Below are positions 13,444 to 26,714 of a DNA stretch of 64,000 nucleotides, one piece after another. Made by a program: the position numbers and the translations under genes. Source of the DNA: Octopus sinensis (lineage: Eukaryota); contig NC_043000.1 in assembly GCF_006345805.1 (NCBI RefSeq), forward strand, positions 141,360,001 to 141,424,000, read 5' to 3'. The notes beneath the pieces are model-generated. The model was not told where the DNA came from. It made no database searches and worked only from the letters and a program-made list of their open reading frames with translations. How positions within the stretch are numbered: the stretch's first letter is position 1; the number at the start of each line of letters is the position of its first letter.

Positions 13444-14140
13444 GGCATGCTGAACTGGTTAAGGTCAAACAACTGACAAGCAAATCTGTATTATTGAGCA
13501 GAATATTTGCTGTTGCTCGTCTTTTATACCAAGACAAAACAATGTACTTAATAACACTTCTAATCAGTTAAGATGAAAAGCCCAGTGCATGCTATCAAAG
13601 TGATACAGGGGCAAAATATACGAAGCTCAGTATACCCATCATGACCACCCGTCTGATAAAGGTACACCAAACACATGCACCACAACCATATGTGCGCGAC
13701 ATGGTGATATCATATCAAGATTAACAGCGCTTGACCATGCAGGTGGGGCCCAGTAAGAAGTTTCTTCGGGTCGCGTAGCCCTCCTGCTCAAAAGGTCCCT
13801 GAATAAGTATTGTTTAAGGATGTTGAACGAAACACCCATGTTTCCAGAGGTGAATTATCCAAACCCCAAAGAATTCCTCTCAACACATGGCTATGATGCT
13901 CACCCACTACTTCTGCTCGTGCTCAGAGATGTACATATCGTCAGTCAATAAGGGACATGCTGAACAGCTTAAGGTCAAACAACTGACAAGCAAATTTCTG
14001 GTTTTGAGCAGAATATTTGCTGTAGCCCATCTTTTATTCCAAGATAAAAAATGTACATGATAAAAATTCTAATAAGTTAAGATGCGAAGCCATGAAAGCC
14101 ACTGCCTGATAACACTTCCAATCAGTTAAGACGAGAAGCC
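13444..14140 (-). mobile_element. Rearranged minus-strand copy of the non-coding TAA-tailed repeat, with an internal duplication
   Basis: Reverse complement of 57973-58432. The segment catgctgaac..aggtcaaacaactgacaagcaaat occurs twice, at ~13445 and ~13957. Confidence 0.8.
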
Positions 14141-14184
14141 ATATTATTATTATTATCTTCATCATCATCTGATACGCGAAAAAG

Positions 14185-15635
14185 AACTGGATGTGGATAC
14201 AACTGTTACGGGAAAGCACCCAACCATCTCCTGTATATAGATGATCTAGAATTGTATGCTACAAATGATAAACAATTGAAAACATTGCTATAGACAGTAC
14301 ATGGATTTACCAAAGAAATAAACATGAAATTTGGCTAGAAAAATGTGCTAAAGCAACTCTGAAAGAAGGAAAACTAGTTAAGTATAACAACATCGCACTA
14401 GATAAAGCGAATGAAATAAGAAAATTTGACCAAAGACAGACATACAAATAATTAGGAATCAATGAACTAGATACGATACAACACATAAAAATTTAAAAGA
14501 AGACAAGAAATAAATACTGTAGACGAGTTAGATTAATATTCAAAATAGGGCTCAATGCGAAAAACAAGATAATTGGGATCAACACTGTAGCCATCCCAGT
14601 TATAAGTTATAGCTGCAATTTTCTTATCTAGACTCTAAATGAACTAATCAAAATAGACAGAGAAACAAGTAAAATATAATGACAGGATCTAAGATGCACC
14701 ATGCAAAATTTGACGCAGTAAGGCTATATATACAACGTTTCGAAGGTGGTAGAAGCCTAATACAGCTAGAAAACTATTACAAAATAACTACCATATGATT
14801 GCAGAAATACTTACTTCAGAAGCAAGGAAAGCTAATACAAATTGCCACAAAACATGAACAAAACAAAAAAAAACTGTTTCTGTCTTCAAGGAAGCTAATA
14901 AATACAAAAAAAAGTCATAGTAGCTAACAGCTATGAAGGAAAAATAGAAACAACAAAAGCTGTAAAACAAATTAAATCCAAACTAAAACTGGAACAGTAA
15001 CGTATCATGAAAAACGATGTCAAGAAAAGCCCCTTCATGGCAAATATTGGGTTAGGCTAAACAGAAAAGAAATAGACGAAGGAAAATCACAACAATGGCT
15101 GAGAAGCTCAGGACTCAAAGCACAAGATTAAGGCCTTCCCACTAGAAGTCACCAAAACGACATAATGAAAATAAATACAAGTAACTATATGTGGTGATGG
15201 AGAAGAAACAATAAATCGTATTCTTTATGGCTGCCCACTCCTGGCTATGAAGGAATATATTTACAGTCACGACAAAGTTAGGACCTATATACACTAGAAA
15301 CTATGCCAACGCCATGGAATAACAGCAAAGAAATAAAAGCTAATTGCCTAGACATAATAGTCAAGGAATGGGGAAAAAACAATTGCTTACTGATAGGCAT
15401 TGCAGTCCCTTCTGATCAAAATATTGTCAAAAAAAGAAGTTGGAAAATTGAATTATTCAAAATGTGGGGCACGAAGGTAAAAAGAGTACCAATAATAATT
15501 GGAACATTGGGCATGATAAAAGATCATATGAGCAAAAATGTAGAAGCTATACCTGGAGCCTCAACACTACAAACTGTCCAAAAAAAGTCTTGCTATGAAC
15601 AGCCCATATCCTACGCAAGACACTATCAATCCAAT
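14185..15635 (+). mobile_element. Decayed R4/Dong-clade non-LTR retrotransposon (RT, zinc knuckle, restriction-like endonuclease)
   Basis: NHLLYIDDL.LYA (RT YxDD), KCAKATL, KYLGI, LNAKNKIIGINT, WLRSSGLKA, RHDKV..YIHWKL, DIIVK..CLLIGIAVPSDQNI, PIIIGTLG and GTAHILRKTLSIQ*. Many stops and frameshifts. Confidence 0.9.
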
Positions 15636-16134
15636 AATACAACTTACACAAAGCAACCCACAAATACAAGACACACTCTATACAGCATTTACCCAATGAA
15701 ATAAACTTCCACCATAAAGCTAGGAAACCAATGCATTACAAACTCAACTCACAATACAAGCAGTAATACAATAAAAGACAGCACCACACCTCAAGGAAAA
15801 ATGTTAACAATGCAGTACGGGAAGAGTTCGCACACTTCCAACAGCAGAAAATATCACACAATGCTGCACACACCCCAACAACAAGGGGGTGTAGCAGGTG
15901 AAATTTGATGAAATTGTTGTTTTTTAATGCCTCTCGAGCGATATTCTGGAGGGCACAATATTACGTCTTACGGAGCCAAACAACCACAGAAGGCTCAATA
16001 ACATGTTTCTGAAGTTTTCAATAACAAATTAGATCAAAAATTCCAAACGGAATACTGCACGAAACGAGTGTATACAATGAATACACTGAAGACTGAATTC
16101 GAGCGTTCGAAAACACGTTCGACGTTCTCCACAG

Positions 16135-16135
<1 letters not shown>

Positions 16136-16197
<62 letters not shown>
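16136..16197. repeat. (AAT)n microsatellite
   Basis: About 20 pure units. Confidence 0.95.
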
Positions 16198-16201
<4 letters not shown>

Positions 16202-16249
16202 TTATTAAAAAATATTATTATAAAAAAAATTCAGACAAATACACAACAA

Positions 16250-16462
16250 AAACACCAGGACTTACAAACACATATTACATACAGAAAATTGCACTACTAG
16301 GCACTGCACACATCATACGCAGAACACTTTCCATACAATAACCATCAGAACACCACAACAAATCACAGCACATACCCAAGGCACACAGAGCTACGCTTGG
16401 TAGTGAAGTGAAAGCACGATATAAAAATAAAACTACTGAATAATAATAATAATAATAATATT
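16250..16462 (+). mobile_element. 3' end of R4/Dong-like element with (AAT)n tail
   Basis: TPGLTNTYYIQKIALLGTAHIIRRTLSIQ*, then a short 3' UTR and (aat)n. Confidence 0.85.
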
Positions 16463-16987
16463 AATACTATATTTAAACTATACGTAGAAAATGCGAAGCA
16501 ATAAGCTAACTAGATAAAAAATAATACCTCAAGAACAGAGAACACAATGAATGCGTTTGACCGATAATAATCACAGGGATGATAATATAAAAAACGTTTA
16601 GGTCAAAATATATTAATACTATGGTACCAATCAATCCTTAATGTGGAAATATGTAATATTTAACTAATGAATATAAAGCGGATATTAATCTCCTTACCTA
16701 TAACCCGACTTGAACTATTATGAGTAGAAATAAAATTTGTAAAAGACGCGTGGTGTGGTTTCATCTAGTATTCAGATAAGATTTATAAAGCTTTGGACAA
16801 GCATTTCCTTGAATCTAGCTCGTATCACATGTTATTTAACAAATAGTCTGTGAAACTAGCTTACTCCACAACACATGATATTTCCCATTACATAGTTAGA
16901 TTCAAAAGTAAGATACTAAATTGCCTATCTTCTAATGATATAAACCCTAAAATAATAGCTTTAATCCACCGATATCTAATAATCACA

Positions 16988-17373
16988 GTGGAGGCGCAAT
17001 GGCCTAGTGGTTAGGGCAGCGGACTCGCGGTCATAGGATCGCGGTTTCGATTCCCAGACCGGGCGTTGTGAGTGTTTATTGAGCGAAAACACCTAAAGCT
17101 CCACGAGGCTCCGGCAGGGGATGGTGGTGATCCCTGCTGTACTCTTTCACCACAACTTTCTCTCACTCTTACTTCCTGTTTCTGTTGTACCTGCATTTCA
17201 AAGGGCCGGCCTTGTCACTCTGTGTCACGCTGAATATCCCCGAGAACTACGTTAAGGGTACACGTGTCTGTGGAGTGCTCAGCCACTTACACGTTAATTT
17301 CACGAGCAGGCTGTTCCGTTGATTCGGATCAACCGGAACCCTCATCGTCGTAACCGACGGAGTGCTTCCATCC
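16988..17373 (+). mobile_element. Full-length tRNA-derived SINE, family C
   Basis: A box TGGCCTAGTGG, B box GTTTCGATTCCC, 10-bp TSD aataatcaca (16978-16987 and 17374-17383). A second copy lies at 31402-31752. Confidence 0.92.
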
Positions 17374-17699
17374 AATAATCACACATAACAGTAAGCAGCA
17401 GCCCAAATCCACCCAATCGAGTAAATGAACTTTGCAATTTTAGGAATAGTTCCCTGTGTCTACTTGATGAATATTGCCTTATAAAAAATGTTGTATATAA
17501 ATGTTCCGTACATGCACTTGAAAATGTTTTTGTGTATTGGAGCTACCTCAAATGCGTTTAAATGAGAATAATATAATCTCACTTACTGCATCCAAACTGG
17601 AAATATTTTATAAAAATCACTAAATGTAACATACACATATATATAAACAATCTCTAGACATAACTTCGTGCAGTTTCCAACTTTACTTTTTAGCTATAT

Positions 17700-17892
17700 A
17701 TCTGTGTGTGCGCGCGTGTGTGTGTTGTGTATAATTCATGTGAGTGTGTATATATATATATATCTTTGCATGTATGTATGTGTATCTATTCATCTGTCTG
17801 TCTGTCTATGTCTATCTCTATACATACATACATACATACATACATACATACATACATACATACATACATACATACATACATACATACATACA
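17700..17892. repeat. (TG/TA)n plus (ATAC)n microsatellite
   Basis: Directly visible. Confidence 0.9.
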
Positions 17893-18215
17893 TAATACAT
17901 ATTTATTTTTCTAGAAGCAAAAATTATTATTATTGCTGTTTGTTTTTTTTCATCATTCCAGTGGGACAGTATATCCACGGCGTTAATGAATGTCTTTTTT
18001 CTAACTCTGTAGTATGTATAATATGCTAGGAAGGAGATTTGGCTGTTATTTCTAGTAAATCAGATGGCCACATAAAGGGTTCTTCGTTCGCTTCTATGTT
18101 TGTATGCACACGTGCGCACCTCTCTGTGCACATTATTCTAGATTTGAATATTTAATTAATAACCTTAATAGTTTTTGTGAATCAAATTGAAAAATAAATA
18201 GAAATACAAGGGGCT

Positions 18216-18444
18216 ATAGACGGCGAGCTGGCAGAAACGTTAGCATGCCGGGCGAAATGCGTAGCCGTATTTCGTCTACGTTACGTTCTGAGTTCAAATT
18301 CCGCCGAGGTCGACTTCGCCTTTCGGGGTCGATTAAATAAGTACCAGTTACGCACTGGGGTCGATGTAATCGACTTAATCCGTTTGTCTGTCCTTGTTTG
18401 TCCTCTCTGTATTTAGCCCCTTGTGGGTAGTAAAGAAATAGGTA
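18216..18444 (+). mobile_element. SINE A
   Basis: Family match; TSD tacaaggggct (18205-18215 and 18445-18455). Confidence 0.9.
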
Positions 18445-18586
18445 TACAAGGGGCTGTGTAGTCTTTGATTGTGTTGTTTATTATGAAGTAACTCAGATTA
18501 AATGCTATACAAGACACATATAAACTGTATGGAATATAAACCAAATATCATACCAGTATAAGCAGCTTCTCTACTTACTCGTATAT

Positions 18587-18745
18587 CATCATCATGATCA
18601 CCATCACTACAATCAACATCGTTGCAATCGTCGTTACCATCATCTTCATCATCATCATCATCCTCATCGTCGTCGTTGTTGTCGTCGTCGACGTCACCAC
18701 CACCACCACCACCACAACCACAACCAACACCACCACTACAACCAC
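18587..18745. repeat. Compound (CAT)/(CGT)/(CAC)n low-complexity tract
   Basis: Directly visible; it produces the poly-D and poly-S/P ORFs in the track. Confidence 0.9.
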
Positions 18746-18748
18746 AAA

Positions 18749-18913
18749 GGAGTGGCTGTGTGGTAAGTAGCTTGTTTACCAGCCACATGGTTCCGGGTTC
18801 AGTCCCACTGCATGGCACCTTGGGCAAGTGTCTTCTGCTATAGCCCCGGGCCGACCAATGCCTTGTGAGTGGATTTGGTAGACGGAAACTGAAAGAAGCC
18901 TGTCGTATATATG

Positions 18914-18950
<37 letters not shown>

Positions 18951-19170
18951 TTGTATGTCTGTGTTTGTCCCCCTAGCATTGCTTGACAACCGATGCTGGT
19001 GTGTTTACGTCCCCGTCACTTAGCGGTTCGGCAAGAGAGACCGATAGAATAAGTACTGGGCTTACAAAAGAATAAGTCCTGGGGTCAATTTGCTCGACTA
19101 AAGGTGGTGCTCCAGCATGGCCGCAGTCAAATGACTGAAACAAGTAAAAGAGTAAAAGAGTAAAAGAGAG
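18749..19170 (+). mobile_element. SINE B
   Basis: Family match with a (taaaagag)n tail. Confidence 0.9.
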
Positions 19171-19507
19171 AGCAACAAAATTTGGGAAAACAACTGCAGC
19201 ATTCCCTGATTGGTCAAATGTGAAGAATGTTAAACAAATGTGTTTATAATGCGGAAAATTTAGTGTTCCCCAAACCCTTTTTATTTGGCATCAGCTATGT
19301 CGGCAGTAACAATGATGATAGGATACAAGTCAACACGCATTAGTTTGGCTCCTTGTGGGCTATAGCATTTCTGAGCCGAATTTGCAGACTCTCTCCCACA
19401 CGTACTTTAGTGACACCGACTACCATATGGACGGCATGGAAGCTATAACATACTCGCATGAAATGCTATAAATAAATAACAGTAAAATCTCCTTGAAATC
19501 TTACTAA

Positions 19508-19904
19508 TCTTTATATATAAAAGTAAGGTTGTGTGCTGTCTGTCTCCTCCAATTTAGATTCCTAACTACTCCCACATTTTGCGGTGCAGTTTAACCAAAA
19601 CCGGGTATCTTATAGTCGTGATTCATATCGAGCCCTTCTGGGTATTAGCGCGCGACTACGATGAGTCTACGATTTAAAAACAAATTTACCATCAATTTTT
19701 CCCATTTTTAATGCATTTTTGGCATATATAAGGGAAGTAACTCTCTAAAAATTTATTATTAAATCTCAGAACATAAAAAGCTACAGTAACACCTCTCCCT
19801 GTGTGGTTAGCCATATTGAGATGGCTATTATACTTTACATCTCTAAAAATGCCTATATAGTTATTTCCCTTACAAACCCGAGCAACGCCGGGTGATACTG
19901 CTAG
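19508..19904 (+). mobile_element. Non-autonomous Helitron, family H1
   Basis: A|TC 5' end (19507|19508), subterminal hairpin cccgagcaacgccggg, CTAG|T 3' end, no TSD. Further copies at 45760-46555 and 51329-51841. Confidence 0.9.
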
Positions 19905-20218
19905 TTCTCTTATAAAACAGAAAGGAATATATTGGTCTACGCTATTCGTATTTCTAAAATAAACGAAATTTTAATAACTAGAATGATATTGATCATAGGT
20001 CTGTTCGATCAGAACTGATTTGGAACTAACTAAAAACATTACGAACAACAATATATTGCACGACAACAAAGTTTTAAACACCTCTATTTTAAAACCAAAA
20101 TATCTTTATTGAAAGATTATCTAAATGTGGAAAGCGGTGCATGATTACATTGTGGTCGAATCTATGCAGAACTTGAATATCATGGGAAACATATAAATGC
20201 CTAAATATTCTCGCAATA

Positions 20219-20622
20219 GGCGTAGGAGTGGCTGTGTGGTAAGTAGCTTGTTTATCAACCACATAGATCCGGGTTCAATCCCACTGCGTAGCACCTTGGG
20301 CAAGTGTCTTCTATTATAGCCCCGGGCTGACCAAAGCCTTGTGAGTGGATTTGGTAGACGGAAACTGAAAGAAGCCCGTTGTATAAATATATATATGTGT
20401 GTGTGTCTGTGTTTGTGTGTCTATGTTTGTCACCCCAACATCGCTTGAAAACCGATGCTGGTGTGTTTATGTTCCCGTAACTTAGCGGTTCGGCAAAAGA
20501 GACCGATAGAATGAGTACTAGGCTTACAAAGAATAAGTCCTGGGATCGATTTGCTCGACTAAAGGCAGTGCTCCAGCATGACCACAGTCAAATGACTGAA
20601 ACAAGTAAAAGAGTAAAAGAGT
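20219..20622 (+). mobile_element. SINE B
   Basis: Family match with head ggcgtaggagtggctgtgtggtaag. Confidence 0.9.
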
Positions 20623-21056
20623 ATGAGTTTATAATATTTATAAAACAAAATAAACATTTGACCCGCCGACGAGTTGACTCGTCGTGGTACCCTTTCTACT
20701 GCTACTATAATGGTTTCTGCTCACTGGCTCTGTCCGGTCATGGGTCATATATATTCAGGTAATCCACAATCATTGGCGTATACTCCTCCGGTCTTAAACA
20801 TTGTGACCACTACCACCGAGCCTCTGGACTATACTCGCTGCATATGTCTTTGCTTAATGTGTTGTCTTGCAAAATTTAAGAGCGGAACGTTAATGGCATC
20901 AATCCTGCAAGTTTCTCACGGGGATGCTTGCAATGGCCATGGGTACACCTTCTTCAACCAGATCAAACTAACAATAAAAAGTAGCTGTGGCTGACTCACT
21001 AGAGCGTTATTTAAAATATGTCGTAGTAGTTATTGTTGAAATTATTTCATATTGTA

Positions 21057-21610
21057 CTAGCACTATGACCCGGCAACGTCGGGATATAGTGCTAATGCAT
21101 GCATATACAGCTGCGTGCGTGCGTGCATGCATACACGCGAGTACTGTCCAAATCTCCGAACAATCACATACAGCTAGCTGGCATTCAATTGGCGTATCAA
21201 GTTTCGGGCATTTTGATTGGGTTTTGGATAGAAAATTCACAAAAAAGTCATTGCTATTGATTTTTTAATGGCTTTGCGGAGTGACTGGGGAAATGTAAAG
21301 ATGTGCACGACCCTTCATGGACGGTTTTGAATGACCATAGAAAGTGCGAGCCCTCTAACTGAAAAATTGTGGATTTGTATAAAGGACACACACACAGACA
21401 TTTTGCCGTTTATATACAGAGCAGTGCTTTTCAAACTTTTTGCTGGAGCGGAACCCCAAGGAAACATTCCATTGGCTCGAGGAACCCCTGTGCAATAATT
21501 TAATAGTCTTATGCACACATATCTGCACAGGAGACTTAAAAATTACTGCCGATTTAGCAGTTTTGTAACTTCTGGCGGAACCCTGGTTGAAAACCACTGA
21601 TATAGAGAGA
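21057..21610 (-). mobile_element. Non-autonomous Helitron, family H2, carrying a nested hAT MITE
   Basis: On the minus strand: A|TCTCTCTATAT 5' end at 21610 and 3' end cccgacgttgccggg..CTAG|T at 21057. Confidence 0.75.
21422..21599. mobile_element. hAT (Buster-type) MITE, 178 bp
   Basis: 13-bp TIRs cagtgcttttcaa / ttgaaaaccactg with 1 mismatch. 8-bp TSD atacagag / atatagag fits the Buster NNNTANNN preference. Confidence 0.9.
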
Positions 21611-22083
21611 TATAGTTGAAAGTGTCAGAAAAAGCAAATTTACAGGTTTTGTAACACAACAAATCAATGAATTAAGAATTTAACTGATTTTTCCAAAGAC
21701 TCAGTAGAAAAATATGTGGCAGAACAAACAAACTAGCAAGTTTGTAGTTCAAAATAATTTATTATCGTGCGCTTGAATACGAGGATTATTTATCTTTAAC
21801 CTGGGATGTGAGAAATTCGATAAAATGTTGGGAGGGCTAGGTATGTGAGAAATTCGATAAAATCGCCAATAGTTTTTGGTGTGTAAGTTATTTTCATGCA
21901 AGGCCTAGAAAAGATTAAAGGCAAAAATTAAGTTGACAGAATTTGAAATCAGAACAGGTGTCACCTCGAATATTGCAACATTAAGGGTACTCCATAACAA
22001 TACGTTTCTCACCAAAATTTCAATTCTTAGCATCGTGAAATAAATAATTCACTTTCTTATTAAAGTATTTATAACTGTTATAT

Positions 22084-22132
<49 letters not shown>

Positions 22133-22217
22133 CTGTTACATATTTGGAGTAATGCTAAAATGCTGCTATAGAAAACGCGAATGAATTAAGTGAAAAATTA
22201 ATAAGATGTTTCACAAA

Positions 22218-22218
<1 letters not shown>

Positions 22219-22283
<65 letters not shown>

Positions 22284-22312
22284 AATAATAATAATATTAC
22301 TATTATTATTAT
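22219..22312. repeat. (ATT)n/(AAT)n microsatellite
   Basis: Directly visible. Confidence 0.95.
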
Positions 22313-22528
22313 TAATAATAAACATTTCTCTCGTTTGCATCATTATTATCATCAATTTTCGTATCAAATATTTAACTCCTTCACATCGTCACAGCTATAA
22401 TCATTGTTACTTGTGTATATGCATATTTATATGCGTGTATAGATTTTACATTACGTCACTTACGCAAGGACACACATAATACACTTTATATGCAAATACG
22501 TGTAAGTCTTCTGTCTTGTAAGACTGTC

Positions 22529-22532
<4 letters not shown>

Positions 22533-22584
<52 letters not shown>

Positions 22585-22742
22585 ATATATATATAATATA
22601 TATATATATATATTATATTATATATGTGTTTGCGTGTGTGTGTATGTATGTATACACACACACTATATATTCATCTATTCCTCTCTTTCTCTCTGTCTGA
22701 ATGCATATGTATGTATCACTCTCTCTCTTGTTCTCCATATAT

Positions 22743-22775
<33 letters not shown>

Positions 22776-22793
22776 TATATAATATATATATAT

Positions 22794-22826
<33 letters not shown>

Positions 22827-22862
22827 GTATATTTATATATATATGTATATATATATTATATA

Positions 22863-22896
<34 letters not shown>

Positions 22897-22929
22897 ATAT
22901 ATACATATATATTTACATATATATTTATG

Positions 22930-22960
<31 letters not shown>

Positions 22961-23035
22961 GCACATTACATAATACATACATGTACATATACGCATTTCA
23001 ACGAATAGCAAATACCTACCACATATATATATACA
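22533..23035. repeat. (CT)n/(TA)n/(CA)n low-complexity tract
   Basis: Directly visible. Confidence 0.95.
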
Positions 23036-23348
23036 ATGCTCTTTCATAGGTATATCTATTTTCACAAATATATAATAATACAAAATGAAGCATTGAAAAT
23101 CTATATCAATGTTTATCTAATATCACAGTAGCATTCTATGTATGAAATCTCAGTGCCATGCCATAGTGGAAATTCTAAACACAACAGTATAACAGAGATG
23201 TTTGCAGTATTTCACGGGAAGGCTTTACATTGATAACTTAAGAAAAACTATTTCTCTTGTTTACCGGAATCTGTTGAATTCCTGATCTTGTTAAATTGAA
23301 GTACGGAATATCGAAAATTTAAGTCTCTGTAGGATGAGAATTTTTCAC

Positions 23349-23478
<130 letters not shown>

Positions 23479-23661
23479 TGGCCTAAATTTGAAAGGAATA
23501 TATGAATGATCATGAAGTGTGTTTATAATCTGGTAATCGGGTTTTGAATCTAATTTGACTAAATATATTGCGACAAGTAATTCGGTAATTCATTAATAAT
23601 TGTGATACTTATGAATAATTATCTCTCAATTTATCTATCTACCTATCTCACTCTCTCTCAC

Positions 23662-23732
<71 letters not shown>

Positions 23733-24294
23733 GTAAGCAAACAAGGGTGCGTTGCGCTACACAGATGTGTCAAGGGTTGAACAGAAAGAACTCAACAAGG
23801 AGAAAAAGGTTAGACGAAAGCAGAGCAAGCAAGAAACTAGACAGAAACAAATAAGGCATTATATAACTACAACAGACAAAGAATTATGAATATATAAAAA
23901 GAAGCCTTAAGGCTATATACAACTGAAGAAAAAAGATAATAATCATACATATATGAGAAATACAAAAGAAAGAGCTTTTCAGCGATCTTACGAACTTAAT
24001 GGGGTTGTGGTTGCACAAATGGTAATGGTGCGAAACCACTATGATATTTTGGGCCATTGACTGACGAGGAAAACTCAGCTGCGAATATTCCGTGTATCGT
24101 GTCTTTGTCTAAATTTGCCTTCCGTTATGTTTTCGTCTAGGTTCCCGTTTGCTCTGCTTTCGTCTAACTTTTTTCTATGTTGTATTCTTTCTGTTCAAAC
24201 ATTCGCACATACATACATACATACATACATACATACATACATACTACATACATACATACATACATACATATATACATATACATATATACATACA

Positions 24295-24362
<68 letters not shown>

Positions 24363-24707
24363 ATACATACATACACACACACACACGCACATATATATAT
24401 ATATGTTTGTATACATTTGAAAATATGTGAAAACAATATAAAAAGTGGAAGAGAAATGCCTTCGTTTCATTCAGTTTAATATCTTTTTAGAAATATATAC
24501 ATATTATATGGATGTTGTGAAATCCAACTGGTTTTCGCTATTCAAATTAGCTTTTCAAGGGACATTGTACAGTAATCAATTCTTGTGACAAAGGAGTCTC
24601 GCCATTTGGGATGTTTGAAAAGTAAGAATGAGTCTAGAGAGTGAACCAAGGAAGGCAACAGGTGTCAAGGGTGACAACTAGCTCCTTACTATAATTCTTT
24701 TGAATGG

Positions 24708-24985
24708 TCAAATTTGTATACTGAGGTGTGGTCTGTACTTTTGTATGGACAGGTTTTCCTTGTTTAGGAGTTCTTGTACTGAGATTGAATCTTTGCATTG
24801 ATATAACGGGAAGATATGAAAATTCGGCGTTTTATTACTTGCGCATCTGTCGATATGTCTACTCAGAGCTATCTGCCTGTATTGAGGTAAACGAATCTGT
24901 TCTTTATGCAGGTCGACTCTGCATCTCAAAGTAAGGCTTGTTTGGCCCACATAGTTATGACCACAACCTCAGCAGGTTAGGGCAT
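24708..24985 (-). mobile_element. Penelope-like element GIY-YIG endonuclease remnant
   Basis: C..C..NYVGQTSLTLRCR..LHKEQIR.PQYRQI.LS.H..CA..F.IFP.Y..KE..I.KY.P.L fits the PLE GIY-YIG C-terminal half. Confidence 0.75.
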
Positions 24986-25039
24986 AGATAAGGTTCTGGA
25001 AAGCACATGTGAAGTTGTTCTTATTTCCGAGTATACGTC

Positions 25040-25170
25040 TGGAGACAGCCAAAAGAAACTTTAGACGCAGAATGCCCTCTTCCAGCTGTTAAACATGGAA
25101 GAGGATCTCTGATAATCTTGCGGGGCTATATCTTGGAAATCTGCTACAAATATGCTTCAGATGGTGTAGA
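25040..25170 (+). mobile_element. Tc1 transposase fragment
   Basis: ECPLPAVKHGRGSL resembles the Tc1 motif ..PTVKHGGGS.M.W. Confidence 0.6.
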
Positions 25171-25589
25171 TTCTTATTATATCTGAATTTGTTGTGATAA
25201 TATGCATTCAGGTGGGTGGGGTGAGAGGAGATTAAAAGAATTCACATGCGTCGGCTGTTTCCTCATAACTTTCGAAAAAGTAAGATTTTTTAAATGAAAA
25301 TTTCGAGAAATATGTTTCAGAGTTTATAGATTACGATTATAACTGTTAAATAAAAATTGGAAGGATAGCACACAAACCTACCGACACTCATCAGAATTGT
25401 TTGTCAAAAAATTTATAATCACAACAAATTCCAATATAATCCAAATCTACATCATATCTACACAATCTGAAGTGTATTTGTAAACAATTTCATTAAAAAA
25501 TATCCATGTTTCTGAAAGTTATGCCGAAAGAAATTCGTTGGGGCACCTCCTTCAGCTATCTCCTGCCGGTGGTATCGTGCATGAGGAAA

Positions 25590-25860
25590 TAGATGTAAGC
25601 TTTGTGTTGAAGAAATATATCAAATCTTTACATTCGGACACAAATTACTTAATAGCAGGATGGAACATACCTTTAGATGCTTGCGTAAACATCCCAAAAC
25701 ATTTAAGAAATTTAAGGAAAGTTCTAGATTATTCAATATCCCACCCACAGATGTATGAGAAAAGTAGGCTAGACGCACATATCCTAAACTCCACAGATAT
25801 GTGGCTTTTTCATAACCAACCTAGTATATATTCCTTGTACCTTCTACTACCAGGCATAAA
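25590..25860 (+). pseudogene. Possible decayed LINE (L1/Tx1-like) apurinic endonuclease fragment
   Basis: YLIAGWNIPLDA and STDMWLFHNQP loosely resemble GDWN..LD and L.D.WR..HP. The similarity is weak and judged by eye. Confidence 0.3.
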
Positions 25861-26514
25861 TACCATATACACGAAATATACGAACAACTGAGAGCATTAC
25901 ACTACAAGGAATACACTCGAAAGTAAAGTTATTAAGTATGCAACTACTACAATACACAATGAAGTCTGCCAAAGCAGTAACATTAACCTCGACCTAATTA
26001 AATAGAATCCAGAGTTTGGCCAGCGACTGGTGTGAAACCGAGGGAAACCATACAAACTTACAAACAGATCAGATTTCAGATATTAAACAAGTTCTCACTT
26101 TCTCCTGAACCCTACCCAACAAACAACTAACAGTATTTAGTTCGCTTCGAGGCTAGCTGATGGACAGACCCAGAATGAAGCTACACAGAAGGTTATACTC
26201 GATTGCGCGTGCAACTGCTCATACTCAGTGCAATGGAAACACGTGTAGGTAGTAATAATATAAAAATATGCTTTATGAAATTGTAAAATGAAAGGAAATA
26301 TATTTCGTTATAATTTTAGCTAATATACACCCTAGATAATGTTACCATCCAGAGAAGCGGACACAGAATTGCCAATCGGTGGAGTTTACAGTGTGACAAC
26401 TCCTGGTAGTCATTGACGCTATATACTAATTGATGAGGTTAGCCGTAACCTGTAACATAACTGAGAGCCACCACGGTATCAGTCCGGATAATATATCCCT
26501 CTAAACTCAAATAC

Positions 26515-26615
26515 ATACACACACGTGCACACAGACATAGATAGAGACACACAGACACGCACACAATCAAGCACATACACACATATATGTATATATACGT
26601 ATATATATGTGGATA

Positions 26616-26714
<99 letters not shown>

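Noticed and set aside
16988-17060. tRNA gene calls for SINE heads (also at 2360-2435, 34820-34896 and 44836-44900)
   Set aside because: A and B boxes are present, but there is no closed acceptor stem. Each head continues into a multi-copy SINE body, some with TSDs.
24055-24085. CTGACGAG-gaaaa-CTC as a further hammerhead core
   Set aside because: It has a canonical CUGACGA and a possible stem II, but the required GAAA does not follow. At best it is a deleted relic.
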